This document shows, piece by piece, positions 39,001 through 53,501 of a DNA stretch of 64,000 nucleotides. The DNA lies in assembly GCA_040954595.2 (NCBI GenBank), contig CM082577.2:3429703-3493702 (forward strand), in the 5' to 3' direction. Below the pieces are notes generated by a model that saw nothing but the letters and a program-made list of their open reading frames with translations, did no database searches and was not told the origin of the DNA. The position numbers were made by a program, and so were the translations under genes. This DNA is from Balanoglossus misakiensis (lineage: Eukaryota > Animalia > Hemichordata). Each line of letters begins with the position of its first letter. Within the stretch, counting starts at the first letter, position 1.

Positions 39001-41903
39001 CAATGGGGATATTTCAAGCGGCTCACCAGGTAAAAATATACGCTTGTAGCTATAGTGGCATTTGTTATGACATTGGTGCTGACTCGAATTGCAATTATGA
39101 CTTGCATAGGTCAACATTTTATCTCCTATAACAGAAATAGCCTACTATGGCCTTGGGGTGTCAGGGTACACCATGCATATAATGGTGTATAAAGGTCACT
39201 TCTCGCTCCACCCCGTTCAAATTGGAATCGTGCCAAAATTTAATAAAAGCAACAAATACGTCAGGCTGGGCGGAATCCAGGTTGAACAGGAATGAAGCAC
39301 GGTCACTCCACATACCGTGGTCCATTGTTAGACCAACTCACAATTGCTTACTGTTGACTAACTTGGCACAGAAATCACATAAAACTGTCCAATCAGAAAA
39401 AATAGGCCAGCGTAGGTCAGCCCGAATGCTAAACATATTCAGCTGGAGGACGATTTTTTTTATATAAAATAAGTCCCTTTTGTGTTGCACTTCTAACCTT
39501 CATTGACCTTATGGGAGGCTCAATCTTGCGACCCTTTGTCACTGAACAAATGGCTATTGTTACATGAATACATTCAAGCAAAGAATGCGTGTTGCGTCAC
39601 ATGCGGATTGCATAACTGAAACATCTGGAGAGGCCACTTTTAGCACGTGACCTGACTGGAATGTATGGGAGAAACATACATAATTCATATGACGTTATTT
39701 TTTTTGTGTTTGACGAACCTAATCCACATATCGGGTGGTATGGTATGCATGGCGAATCCCCCAGGAGAGTTAGGCTACATTTGTTAGAATTTTTTACTTA
39801 CCAATGTGTAGGTCTACTCGCAACAAAACACATCTTTCCCTTGGAAAATTAGATAAAATTTCGAGTTAAAAATAAACAAGCTTCCTTTATACATGTATAA
39901 TAAGCATATAAATACTGGTAAAATATTTGGAGCGACAAGTGCTGATAATCTACTGTAGGCCTACATTGCGCGATACTGTAGCATAAACTAGAGTACGCCT
40001 ACCTAATCCATTCAGGTAGTAGGCCATTATCGTGATAAAACTATACTTGCCCGCGCAGAGTGAGATCTGAAAACCACATATCTAGGGCCTAAATCAGTAA
40101 ATGTCATGGGTAGGCTTACATCGATCATGATGAGCGGGGGAAAGGGGCCAAGGTCACCGGCTGAAATAGGGTTGCTGACCGACTCACCGCCAGAACCGTA
40201 TTTTCAAATCAAATGGCCTATAGTATGAGCAGAGTTGGATTTTCTATCAAAGAACTGATCATGGATATTATCCGAAACGGGCAGCCAAATTTATATTATG
40301 GCCTTGGGACGTACAAGGCCTCGAGCTCAACAAAATGGCACGCCAAATGATAGGCCTACATTGAACAATGTCAAGGTACTGGGTCTTCATATGAGGTTCA
40401 TTCTGTCACCCAGTCCTCCCCAACTCCTTACCCGACCGCCTAATACTGAACTAGAGTGCCCTTTGTCAGTTGTTTTGGCGTTTGTCAGTTGCATATCCAA
40501 GGAAAACGAGGTCGTCTTTTCATTTATTGACATAGGCCCTACTGCTGTTGTTTTCCTTGTGTCTTTAGGTAAGTTTGCGCATTGTGAATTCGACCAGGTT
40601 GTACTGGTTACGTCTCCTGTCCCAACAGTGCAGCTAAAGGGGGAAGTAACCGCTATGTAGTCAACAATAATTACGCCGCGCTGGTGTGTACTTTGAATGT
40701 GAATGATAAACTGCATGTGGCGTTTTATGTGGCACATAGTGCCACATGGCACTGTGGCAAATGGATGCGCGCGCTTCAATTTTTGCACACGGCACAGGTA
40801 ATTAACTTTTGTTCGTTACGATTTTAGGGTGATTGGCATACGTATATACATACAAATATTGAGTTACGCCTCCTTCAGGATTCCTTTGAAAAAATACACT
40901 AAATCGGACATCTGGCGTGCAGAGTTGAGCCGTAACAAATAGAGAGGGAGATTTCATCATATCTTTCAAACGTTGATGCAGTTGCCAATGTCGACCTTGG
41001 TTGAACGCATTTCGTAATAGGTAAGCTAATATTGACTTCATTGGGAAGTGTCGACATCGCTGCGTTGAATTAAACTTCGGTCACCGTTTTTCCACATACT
41101 GTCAAACTATTGACCGGCAGACGACAAAATGTGTAATATACTGCCGCCGCGTCACCGACCGAACACTTGACGTCGTCTTTGTGTTTGGTAATCGCTGGCA
41201 GTGTTTCCACACTCCAGCTCCATAACACTCCCGTCACTGTTCTGTTTCACAGGGTTGATGGCTGGCAGGAAATTATGGTAAAAGGTGAGTATTTTCATAT
41301 AGGACATGTTCTTTTGGTCCATTTTCTTGCATAAAGTGTGCGAGGTTTTTATTTGTTGTAGTGTGAGCCCAGTTTTATGGGTCGTGTGATGGTTGTCGCC
41401 ACAATGGAAACCCCAAATCACCCGTGGGGCCCACTATGCATGTTGTCCCGTAACATAACCAAGTGCCTCATACGGACTTTAATTTTCAATGAAGAAATAT
41501 CGTGCTAATGTGTGACAAAGAAATGTGTTGGTTTGGCACGACTTGGTGTGTGAATGCTGGTCAGCCTTTGCTTTGACACACATATCTGCAAGGCCAGGCA
41601 ATAGTTGAGTGGCAAACAAAACAGTCACTGGGTTTGTTACGAGAGGCCCTGTTATAGGTGATTCAATGCGTACGCTGACGGTCGAGAAGTGGCAAAAGAA
41701 TGAGCATATTCTACTTCTGGCTATCGTTTGATTGAAACAGCAATCATTATCACTGTGTGACCTCTGAAGTTTACAGGAGGCAAGTTTTATGGCAGTTTTT
41801 TCAAAGATAAATTATATTTAAAAGAACATCAAAAATATTGTACATAAATTTTATTAATTTTGAACAGTCTTTTGAAAAATATCAGCAAGACCATGGTGCA
41901 ATT

Positions 41904-42093
41904 TACTGTTAAATTTTTCGCGATATCAAGAGAGAGCACTGTTTCCCGAGTATTAATTTTCGCGTTCTCTTATTTCATTCACTGCATCGTTAACCTCAGA
42001 AACAATTTACGCGACTTTTTATATTCACGCTATTTTGGCTCTCACGTAATTGGCGAAAATTAATTGCTCGCGAAAATAAAGTGTTTTACAGTA
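41904..42093. mobile_element. MITE copy 1 (TACTGTAAAA-type TIR, TA ends)
   Basis: Starts TACTGTTAAATTTTTCGCGA and ends TCGCGAAAATAAAGTGTTTTACAGTA; shares TTTTCGCGATATCAA with the copy at 59316. Confidence 0.65.
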
Positions 42094-42805
42094 TTTTGTA
42101 TAGTATTTGTGCAAGTCTGAAAGTGTCTCCACTCGGCCTATACACCTTGCCCAATTTTATTAAAACTTATTAAAACTAAAAAGACAATGTCAGAGTTCGG
42201 TTTAAGCGTAAATCCTGCATATTTGCAGCATTCAGGACAAAATATCTATTTGACTTGCATTCATTGCTGGGAACGCGACATATCCGAGTGTGCTCGAAAT
42301 ATATTGTGTATGGTGGAGAGTAGCACTACATAGACTGGCTGGCCTCCGAGTTCTGACCTTTGCAGATGACAAGCAGTTCTAAAAATAAACTTCTTTAGCA
42401 ACATGTTCACTTGGCATGCCTACTAAGAGTTGACAGATTATTGACTAAAATGTTCCAATGTATGTATGGTTATATCCAAAGGTTCCCAAAGCGTTCGGGA
42501 TGCAATTTTTGGTTTCAGTGCATCCCTAGAGATGCAGGATACAGTGGGACCACTGCATTGTGCTATATCGTATACATACTCAATTTATTTTGCAATATTA
42601 TACTAAGCTTATTCACTATGCATACAGTTTACAATAAAGTGACATTTGTAGCATAATCTCTTACATCTGCCATCATTGAAACTTGTCGGTCGTAACTTGT
42701 ACTTGGCAAATATTCACTCATTCGAGCTGCCAGCAGGCACTATTGTGTAGTAATCTTGTCCAATGTCTCATTTTGATACATGAATGGGTAAGACTTGCAA
42801 CATAC

Positions 42806-43193
42806 ATGAATATTAATGAGTATGCATTTTAATGAGTATGTATATTAATGAGCGGCGAGGACTGAAGTCAAGCTGGGGCGAACCTAGTAGCTCCAAGACT
42901 GTGTGATACTGAAATGCGCGTCCGTGTTACGTATAGAACGTCCTGTGGACGCGACGCTAATCACACAGTCTTGCCGATTCTGTAAACGCCCTCAAGTGGT
43001 TTTACCAGATTTTGGTAAGTAGCGGAGAACATTCGAACCTCATATGTCTGTCAATCATATTAGCGTCGCGTCAACATGATGTTCTATACGCGTACATACC
43101 ACGTACAGAATACGCATTTTTGGACGTTATCGCGAGCTTGTGTGCGCTTCTAGATTTTCTATATGCGAATTAACGCCGCTCATGAATATTCAT
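42806..43193. mobile_element. Fold-back element with nested inverted repeats (probable MITE)
   Basis: Outer IR ATATTAATGAGCGGCG (42842-42857) / CGCCGCTCATGAATAT (43174-43189). Inner IR 42930-42961 / 43059-43090. A 14-bp IR CAAGACTGTGTGAT at 42894-42907 / 42960-42973. Confidence 0.55.
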
Positions 43194-46100
43194 ATCAAAT
43201 ATACAGAAACGTACAGTCGCTTTGCCTGGCGACGAGTCGTACGCAGTATGATGAAAGTTCCATTCTTATCGACAGGCACAGCGACTGCTATAGAGTCTAG
43301 GGTGAAGCCTGCAGGGTGGTTCATTTTGAAAATATGTGATCCAATTCTGCACCCCACCAACCATTTTGTTCAATTCAGCTCACTAGATATGAAAACTTTG
43401 TACAGAGGTACATCCCTAAATTCTGCTTATGGTGACAGCTGCATAATTGCAAGCAGGTGACAAAAAATTTACTTTCTGTACCGTTGTTCCATTCCAACAG
43501 GTTCTCAGCAAAGAAAAAGAAAATACAGGTGAGTTAAGCAATATTTTATGCCAGAATATTAACAATTTTGCTGATGTGTGCGTGATTTTTGGTGTTTTAC
43601 TATTAATAATAAACCAATAAAATAATAATAACGCAAATAAAACATAATAATAATAACTAGTGTTGCATTCATCCAATATGTCACAATTTAAGTCAGAGGT
43701 CACGTTTACGCTAAAAGTATGCTTATTTGAGACGAAAAATACTAACTTGACATTAAAATCGTAATCAGTACGTCAATATTGATGCATAGAAAACAGATGA
43801 TGTACATGTAGTTGTACAATGGTCAATATAAACCATATGCATGCCACTAACTATCATTTGGGATCAAAATAATCACTTATGCGCGCGAACTTTGTACTCA
43901 AAATGAAGCTGATTTTGTTTGATGAATTTTGAACTAGACGTGTACGACGCAAACTGAAAGGAGTTTGACGCATTTTTTTATGAATGCGTCAAAAATACGC
44001 ATTAAAATGTGCAATATTATATTTTGGAGCAATTGTTTCATTTTTTTGACAGAAAATGTGTATAATTTACACACTGTTTAAATTTTTTTGAAACATCGGG
44101 ATGATGTCAGTCACTTTTGTTCAAAATGTGATATACGGTAATTAAAGTGTAAAAATATCAAAATATTGATATGATGATATCATTTCCTTAATTATATTGT
44201 TTGATGATTAATCAACATTACATGTAGGTTGCATCACATCATAGACTACTGAAGTGGAAATTCCCTCTTTTAATTAGTAATGGCTCCTCATTGCCTCACC
44301 TCCTTGCTAATGCCTGGAGCCAGAATTTAAATATGTAATGAGGCATTCCTTTTATGTCTGATGTCCAAATTTTGTTTAGTCAAATTTTTTAGGTAAAATA
44401 CACCTTTACTGTGTGGAGTCAAACTGGACATTGGCTGTTTAGTCCATTCAGTCATTATATGCATAGCTGTTTGAATTTTATTGGACTGTCCCACCTGTTC
44501 AACTGGATTCATATAGAATTACCATCATAATACTAGCCATTGTGTACCAGTGTGAGCCAGTAAATGTTTTAGGTAGATTCTTTGGAATGTTGGCAACATT
44601 CCAGATTGGGGAACAATGGGGAAATGCCATCAACAGATATGTAGCAGATCTGACTTCAATGGAAACAAGAATGTAGCTGATCAGAATACTGTAGTTACCA
44701 GAAGAACAGCTGTCTGCTGCAACCTAATTGGTTGAATCCATGCACCTGACAGTGCTGAAAATGTCATTTGCATACGGAACTGGATCAAACTGGTTTGGGT
44801 TGCCACCATGTTGATCTTGTGATAAGTAGTATTGATTTATTCTGTCATGCATCAAAAAGCGCAGTATATTTCCCCCCTTGATTGAATTGTAGCCAAATGT
44901 ATAGAGGCGCTGCCAGCAAAACATACATGTATGGGTAGGTACTACAATCTCTCTTTGACGTTTTAAAACATAAATTGAAAAAGAATGGCTTAAAGCTCTA
45001 ACTTGGAATGAATATTATCAGCAATAATTGCCAAGTAATGAAGAAAAATATTTCTGCACTTATCAGATAAACATGCAATGTAATTATTTTTAGCATGCCA
45101 CAAAAGTGAAATTTGCATAATTATTACAGTGTTTTATGTTCAAAATCAAATGAGTTTGTAGCACTCAAATGATCATGGTAGAGGAAAATGCCTATTTTCT
45201 CAGACAGTTGAGGCCCTTATGGGTATTACATCTTGTGCCAGGAGACTGTTGAATCCTAAGAACAATTTCCTTATTCTACTTGATGTACAATTTATAGTTT
45301 GGTATGAAATAATATGGTCATTTTGGTTTGCTTGGGATTTTATTTCTTTTTATGGCAGCTAAATAGCAGTTGGCAAATGTCAAAAAAAGAATTATTGAAT
45401 TTTGTGGATGATTGAGCCACTAGAATAGCATTCCACTGGACAGATACACCTTTTTTCATTATTTTCTTTTAAAAAAAAGCAATGAATATGAAGTTTGGTA
45501 TCATTGAAATGATTGTGACCCTTCTTTGTTGATTTTGGCGCCTTGTATGCTGGTCAAAGGTTGCGTGCACTATCAATGATTTGAAGAGTTTACCAGCTGA
45601 CCCCTGAAGTCTTGACCTCTTGAATGCTGTATTTTAATTATGCATGCAAATTGCAAAGAACCAAATTTGCATGGAGTGAATGTGCAGCTGTTGTGATTTG
45701 CATCTTTGCAAACTTTCTTTTATATGCCTTGCTTGTTTACTCAGCCACTTTCTTTTGTGATGTAAATTTGGCTGCAACTCAACACCCCCTCCTTTGACAA
45801 CTGTGAATGATCTAAGATTTGACCTCTCTTGTTACACATGTTCAGTGTGCTCAGTTCAGCTCAGCACTTTTTGTGACTAGCTACTTGAGAATAAAACAAA
45901 CCCTGGAGAGAGAAAAAAATAGGGTTTGATTTCAAATGTACAACTGTGGTGGACAAATCCAACATTTGACAACTTGGATTTTTGTACTGAGAATGAGATT
46001 GAAATTCAGTTAATATCATCATGCACATTTACTAGGGTGCATTGACAAGATGAATAATGAACAACTCTGAACAAAGTTCAGTGTTTCTGTTAAGGGTGGT

Positions 46101-46445
46101 ACCCAGGTACATTTTTATGTTCACCGGGAATTAGTCTGTGATAACTGGGAAAGACTTTTCAAGGGAAGTACGGTGCCTTTGGCCCTATTTTTTGCAGGTA
46201 TCCAACTCGTCCTTTATAGAGACAAAGATATTGCCAGTGTTATAATACATTATACTTAGACTTGATTAAAAGACAGCGGGCATGGCTACACTTAACCAGC
46301 TCAGGAAAACACTTGTTCCGATGCTATAGACTGTAATAGTTTTTTTTTACATTTTGTGCAATAACCCTTGAGCTGCAAACACAGTGCATTGCAGGGGGTA
46401 AGTAAGGTTGGCAATTTGGCGGGGAAAATTGGCCTGCAATCAATA

Positions 46446-46679
46446 TACTGTAAAACGTTACTTCCGCGAGCAATAAATTTAAGCGAAATAAAAAAAAACG
46501 CAAAAATAAAGACTCGCGTAAATAGAGTTTTGGAAGAAAAATGTGGTAGAAACTAGTAATAGAACGATAGTCACACACGCAACAAAATTTTTTCAGTTTG
46601 AAAGAGTAGGTAGTTTATTAAAAGTGGCCTCTCGATATTGCGAAAATTTCAACTCACGAAAATAACATGTTTTACAGTA
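46446..46679. mobile_element. MITE copy 2 (same TIR family)
   Basis: Starts TACTGTAAAACGTTA and ends TAACATGTTTTACAGTA, with CGCGA/CGAAAAT subterminal motifs as in the other copies. Confidence 0.7.
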
Positions 46680-47899
46680 TGTAGTCCGTGCATTAGGTAA
46701 CATTGCATAACAGGGTATGATGTAATATGCAGATTTAATAAGCTATATGCAAATATACTGGGCTGAGCCATGCAAATAACTTGGTCACGATTGACAGTGG
46801 CATTGTATGGGTCATGGTCAAGCTATTACTGTACTGTAATTTGTACATGTATTACAAAATCACCATCCTCAATGCCATGTGCTGTCACATGTTGTGCATG
46901 AATCTTCTGCTTTGGCTGCCGGTTGTCTGATGACACTTTTAAATAATAGAGACAAAAGGTAGAAAAAATTCTTTTTAGTGCTATGTGTACTCAGTAATGT
47001 CTTTTTGAAATGAGTTTTCGTAGTTGTTATGTTGTTGTGTTTTTGCAATATGCCCATGTGTACGTGTTATAAACATGTCTGCACATTGTGTCATTGGAAA
47101 AGGTTACCAATTTTCATTTTTAATATTAATATTCAAAAGGTCAAACAGTCAGTTTCTGTATATTTTGTGCAACGGTAACAATTGAAGCACGTCATTTCAG
47201 TTCCTTTATTAAACAACGATTATACGACACGTAGATCAAACAAAAAAAAAAACTTTGTAATCTTTATGTGAAATTGAACGGAAACCCAGGATGTGAAGAA
47301 GCTAGAACAGGAAACTACTACCCAGGGGGTAGTTTCACTTGTGGATTTGTGTGGGCCTTCGGGGTGCCGAAGGACGTACATTTAGAGAAACCAATTAAAG
47401 GACACCACACCAGCATATTGCCTGATAGACTGAGGCACGTGCCTAGCCTGTTTATTGTTAGATTTCATGCAAATGCTGCAATCCGTATGAAACATTTGTA
47501 TGATTTGTATATGCTGGGTGTTCATGTACAGGTAGCTGGGGATTTACTCTCTTTTTGCAATATATTGCCATGTACACTTTAAATCCATGTGTTTAAGGCT
47601 CCAAAGAAACTTCACATTGTTGAACCTGGATTCTGAATGGTGTCTAGACCGCAAGAGAAGAATCTAGAGCTTTTTGAAAGAATGGATTTATGATATCAAG
47701 TAGCACAATAAGAGTTGGGTGTATTATAGTTAAATAATGCTGGATTAATACCCCAATCATTTCAATGAAAGGGTTTTGCAGTGTCTGGTCCTTGAGCACG
47801 AGTTTCCCCCAGTTATTTTCTGTGATAGTCTCTTACAGGGGATTTACCCTTTCTTCTTTCTAACCATTTATACAACATACGTTCTCTTCTTGTTTTCAG

Positions 47900-47949
47900 G
47901 AGGAAGGCAGACAGTCTACGTCCAAGGAATTCAAGACAAACCAGTAGAG
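47900..47949 (+). other. Probable upstream (likely 5'-UTR) exon of ATF7IP
   Basis: Strong acceptor GTTCTCTTCTTGTTTTCAG, a 50-nt purine-rich body and donor GAG|GTGAGA. Confidence 0.45.
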
Positions 47950-50900
47950 GTGAGAGATCATAATCAAGACATTTAAAACCGGGAATTTCTCGTTTTTGTG
48001 TGATGTGTGTGCATGTGCATGCCAGTGTGCCCTCATAATCTGTTTAATTATGTTGTTTAATTAAGTACCTAAAATGATATAGCACTGCCACAGAATGGTT
48101 TTGCCCCAGTGTTGTATAAGTTCTGCCTTACATATCTTTTTTCACATAGCAATTTTAGAGTCTAGACTGGTTTTAAAATGTCAGAAAAATAGTGTGTGTC
48201 TGTTCATGGAACAACCGTCTTGGCGGTAAATCCAGGCTGTATTGATTAGAATCAGGAAGCTTGACAGACAGTTTGTTGTTCCTGAGGCCACCTAGGTGGG
48301 CCCCTCGCATCCTGATATATTTGCATGGTGTGTCTGGCGTCTTTTCTCCCTGATAAGCCGTGACAAAGAGGGATGAGGAAAGTGATTTTAATGTAGCAGA
48401 GTTTGCGCAGTTTTGAACAGAATTTGCTTTAAAATGGTGAATTGTCCAAATTTAACTCTGAGAATTTAATCAAACATGAAAATAGAACAGGCGGTATTAT
48501 TCTTCCTCTTTATATCGTGTAGGCAAAATGGAAGCCTGTAAATCAACTGTCTTGTCAGAAAATGAAAAATGTGTATCATGTGGCAAATTTAGCGTGCTAT
48601 TTTGACAAAAAAGTCATGATGATAGATTTATGCTGGCATCATCAATGTGGTCTATTGATGAAGTGTTCGATTTTGCACGAACTTAGGGGCTCTATGCAAA
48701 TATGCACATATTACATTGTTCCAAAATGCTGGCATGGTTCCAAATTGCAGCTACAATTTACAATTCCACCCGTTTTTCAAAACCCTGTGCACAGAAAACA
48801 TGCATGTTTCATTGTGTTCTCAGATTATCCTATCTATTATGTCCAATTATCCAGGATGCAAAGTGGAATTTGATATATACTGTAGTAAAATTTTGTCTGC
48901 ATGGACTGGTTGAAGGATTCTTTTTTTTCCAAGCTAGAGGGCTCCATATGCAAATATTGGAATTTGCTGGCAGTTTTCCAAATAATAATGTACTGAAGGC
49001 AGTACATGTACATTTTCTTATTGCCTTTCCAACACTCTACCATATGTCACTTTTCTTCCAACTCATACTAAAAGCAATACGCATACATGTGTTTCTGTGT
49101 TTTTAAGTTCCCAGAATTGTGGCACAAAAACAAACAGTTTAAACAAGATAGCATTCCAAGACAAATAAGTCAAAATAGTTCCTGATACACTAACACAACT
49201 GGACACAATGGGGTGGAACTAAACAATGTTGGACAGTGGTAATAAAAGGAAGTTTGCTTTCCAACTTGTCTGACTTTAATACGCCAGGGTTTATGCACTG
49301 GTCATTTATCACTAATGTCAGTGCCTTGGGTGTATTGGTGATTTAGAAAATGCTGGACTGTTATTTATTGTCAAACTATGGCTTGGTTCGGGAGAGGTGA
49401 TCACCCAAACTTGATGGACTATGCAAACATACTTGTCCATGTTGCTATGGAGAAGCAGTCATGCTGCTGATTGGGCAACCTTTTGCCCCCAAGTGTCGCT
49501 TTCCTACAGCTGAAAAGTGGGTGGAGACAGAGTGTCTGTTTAGGATTTTAAAAACAGACAGAGTGTAGCTGTGGTGGTTTGTGTGTACTACTGCTCTACC
49601 TCGTGTGCAGGTGCAGCATGTTTTGAGTTTGCTAGCAGTGCATGTGCTGATATTCCCAGTATTATAGTTACAGTAAAGTCTGGTGCAGCATCACCATTGC
49701 AGCAGTGGTAGCTTGTGTACCATGACTGTTACAATGCACGAATGGACTTTATGTTCAACAACCAGGTGCAGTGTTTATCCTGTTCAAGAATTGCAGTCTG
49801 CCAGGTAAATTAGCAGCCATGGGCCAACTCCTTCAACAGATGTCACTTGCTGATTTAAAACTGGTAGTCCCCCCTCCAAGTTTGTGACTGTAAACAAAAC
49901 ACTTGGCTTGACATGCGCCATTTTAAGTGATTCTGATATTTTGCATGTCTTTTTTTATGCCCGAGCGTCACCGTCACATGTCATGGAACCCATCGTGAAT
50001 TTATCTAGTTTAATTGGTGACTTATGATTGCATGTGTACTATGACCAAATGACCCTAAAGGTACTTTAATCTGGCCTTGGCGTAAACTGCTTACAGCTTT
50101 GGATATACGTGCCTGCCGTTTTTCATTTTGATTGTTCAGTCAAACATCACTGTTCTTGATCAGTGCTGTTGTTGCAGTCATTTGTACTGTGAGGCAATGG
50201 GTAAAGCCCAGAATTTATGCTGACCATTGCTTAGAGGAGCAATTTTCTAGGTTAGAACATGTAGGCCTATCAAACGATCTCTCCACTGTTGGAATGCAAC
50301 AGAAGGCCTATTCATTACGATGCCTAAGCAGAACAATAACGGTATATTGTGCAACATTATGCAGGAGCTGTAATTTTGTGTCACGTCTGAACATAATTCA
50401 TGTTGGCTGTCTTCTTCCAAAATAACATCTTAATTTTGAAAAGTACTGTTTCTTGTTAATGACACATGTCCGTTTCTCAACCGTTTGACACAGTTAGCAA
50501 ACGGACAGTTTCCAAATCACAGAATCTAACTCCGAAGAAGTCTTCACCCACACCAAAGAGAACCAGATCTGCAGTACTTACTCCAGAAACAAGGCGCAAA
50601 CCCCAAACCAGGACAGAGGCAAGAAAAAAGCACCAAAGCCAAACCAAGACAGAGGACAAAGTATCAACTGTTCAGCCTTATAATACCAAACCTTGTACCG
50701 TCTCCATTTCTCCCATTTCATTGACCGCAGAATCACAGACAATTTGTCACAAGGGAATGTAAGTACAAGGATAGTAGTTTTATACAGCAGTATGAGATAT
50801 TTGAATTGCTGCTTGTTCTTCATGTGTTTTTTTGGCCAGTGTTAGTTTTCGTGTGAATAGCCAGTGTTGTGGTTGACTGATGTTAAGTGGGGGTTAAAGG

Positions 50901-50993
50901 TCACAGGTCAGTCTAAGTGAATAGTGACAGACATGACGTGCATGGTTTGAATATTAATGTCACAGTTCACTAATAATATGTTGGTTAAGAATT

Positions 50994-51651
50994 CAGGGTT
51001 CTCCCCAGGCCCAAACAGCGTCGGGGGCCCCGACGCTATCACTAACGGCCCCGACGCTAAGGCTTTCCCCCCGACGCTATTATGTCTGCCCGCTATGCTA
51101 AACGTGTCATTGTCAACTCCGTATTTTTGCCTTACGTCCGCCTTTGTTTTCATCATAACTTGCTACTTCCTTTCAATTCTTGATAAATAGTGAACATAAC
51201 TGAGTGATTTCACACCTTTCACGGCGTTAATCACCGCTTTAATCACCCTAGAAGCAACACAGCTCTGCACGCTGTCAAGAGCAGTACGCTGCCCATTTCA
51301 TTCAGTGCACCAGTTATCTTTAGACAGGCGTCCTATAAATAGCATCATAGCCCTAGTAACACGTACGCACGCACAGATGGCAACAAGTGAGCGTACGCAT
51401 TTTGCAACTCCTTATCTAAACTTGTCAAAAGATGTAGCAACTTTTGTTGGAGGTCATGCTATGCGTCCACAAGTCTGCAGAATACTTGTACACTACACAC
51501 TGGATAGCAGACGACATAATTGGGGGGGGGGGGGGGGGCACAGTGATGTCAAATTGAAGCTTATGCTATATGTAAATTTTATGTTAATTAATATGCAAAT
51601 TATCATGCAAATTAGCCCCGACTCTATGATTTTTTCCTGGGGAGAACCCTG
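50994..51651. mobile_element. Non-autonomous DNA transposon (658 bp) with perfect 16-bp TIRs and a 5-bp TSD (hAT-like ends)
   Basis: CAGGGTTCTCCCCAGG (50994-51009) and CCTGGGGAGAACCCTG (51636-51651), flanked on both sides by GAATT (50989-50993, 51652-51656). Subterminal CCCCGACGCTA repeats. Confidence 0.9.
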
Positions 51652-53501
51652 GAATTGTGTGGAGATGTCTGCAGATTGCATAGACATAGGGCAGTACACC
51701 TTCCACAAACATTTTGACATACCACAATATAATTTTATCTTTGCTATTTTTTTGTACAATGTATGCATTCATGCCCTGCATTGTTTCGGAATTTTTTTTC
51801 TTAACTGACATACGCATGCGCAAAACTGTTGATTGGTCAGAATGTGAGCATGCCAGCTGGTTAAGATATTTTTCTAAGAAAAATCCATTTTCCATTAAAG
51901 ATGTTGTAAATGTAAAGTTGTACATATGTTAATATTTCAATGTTTGCTTTTGTTAATATTTCAATATTTTATTTCATTATTTAATGCTGTATTTTCATGC
52001 TGTCACATACATGTGTTTCAAAGCGTATGCTTCATGCTAGCATTTCAGCAAAGCTTGGCAGCCATGGTCTGTGTACTAGTGTATTATTCCAACATAATAT
52101 GATTTGCATATACTGGTATGTTGTGTCCAAACGTGCTACCCGTCGTATATAGTGTGGCTCACACCAGCTACTAGTATGTGGTTTGTGGGACTTTATCCAC
52201 ATATGTGGCAGATGGGTGTGTTAATTGTATGCGAGCGTGTCCCCACATGATGTGGTTGAATGCCAGTGGTCAGACACGCTGGTAGGTGTATTTCCCACAT
52301 GATATGATTCGTGTGTGTATGTGTGTGTGTGTATGACAGTGTGTGTGTGTTCTCACATGATGCTGTCTGTATGTGGCCATGGCATGTGTGTGCACAAATC
52401 TAAATGTTGACTCATAATGCTTTTCTAACATGTCAAAAGTAGATAAAACAATAGATCATAGCACTTGTAATCAATCATTTACGTGTGTGTGATACAATCA
52501 CCTTATAAAAGCAAGTTTACCAGGTGCCCAATTTTTTGTGGTTAATTTTGACGTTTTCTGTGTTTCTGTTCTAGTACCTTTGAGTTGAAAAAGGTTGCTG
52601 GGAAAGAAGACTGTTTTAGAGTAAATGATATTTCATCAGAAGGTTAGCCAATCCCCACTTGTTCTGGACAATTTCAAAAGAACTCGAAAAGAAAAGATTT
52701 AAACAATTACCAAAAGAAGGCCTGCCATGATATACTTGTACTATTTTTTAACCAAACATGTGCATTTATGTGCCTTGCTTTTTGTCACATCAGGCTACTG
52801 TCAATGCCTTGTGTTTAACATGTTGCATGCATATTAAGTAAAAATCATACTCATTGCTTTGCATCTATAGTATAAATAATGTGTGCTTTGTTGAAATTGA
52901 ATGTGACACAATTGAAGCTTCTTTCAACTTCTATATTTTAGTGTTTGCTGATTTATTTTTAGCTGCTATGAGCTGTACACCACCCCAGCAGCTTGTTGGT
53001 TGTTATTTTCATATACACTTTTTTTTTTCAACTGAACACAAGTTTTAAGAGCTTGTGTGGTCATGAAAAGTCCTAGAATTTGAAAGCAGCTCTAGAACTT
53101 TGTGTAAACTTAAAATCTGCAGGGACGTCAGCTCTGGCCAGTGAAATGGCCATCACTGTTCATTCATGGTTTAGACAGCCCTTGACAGATAAAAATTCTA
53201 GTATACATAGAAACATGTAATATGAATGTGTGTGGTCACACGTGTTAAATTGTCATTCACATACATTTGCACTCACATTATGCACAGGTGCATACCAAGA
53301 ACATATTCATTCATTGATACGTACAAGTATGGTACTGTACACACTGCATGTTTGCTCTCACACACACACACACAACACAGACAATCATACTGGTATATTG
53401 TCATATTAGATCTGTGGAAGAATGTTAAGAGAACATGTATAGCCATATAGCCTTTTCTGAGGTCACCACCTGCGTCTACTTTGTTTGCAGGCGTCTCTGA
53501 G

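Noticed and set aside
40183-40200. Minus-strand splice donor (ACTCACC on +) suggesting a divergent gene
   Set aside because: No linked coding exons could be assembled; a single donor-like hexamer is insufficient.
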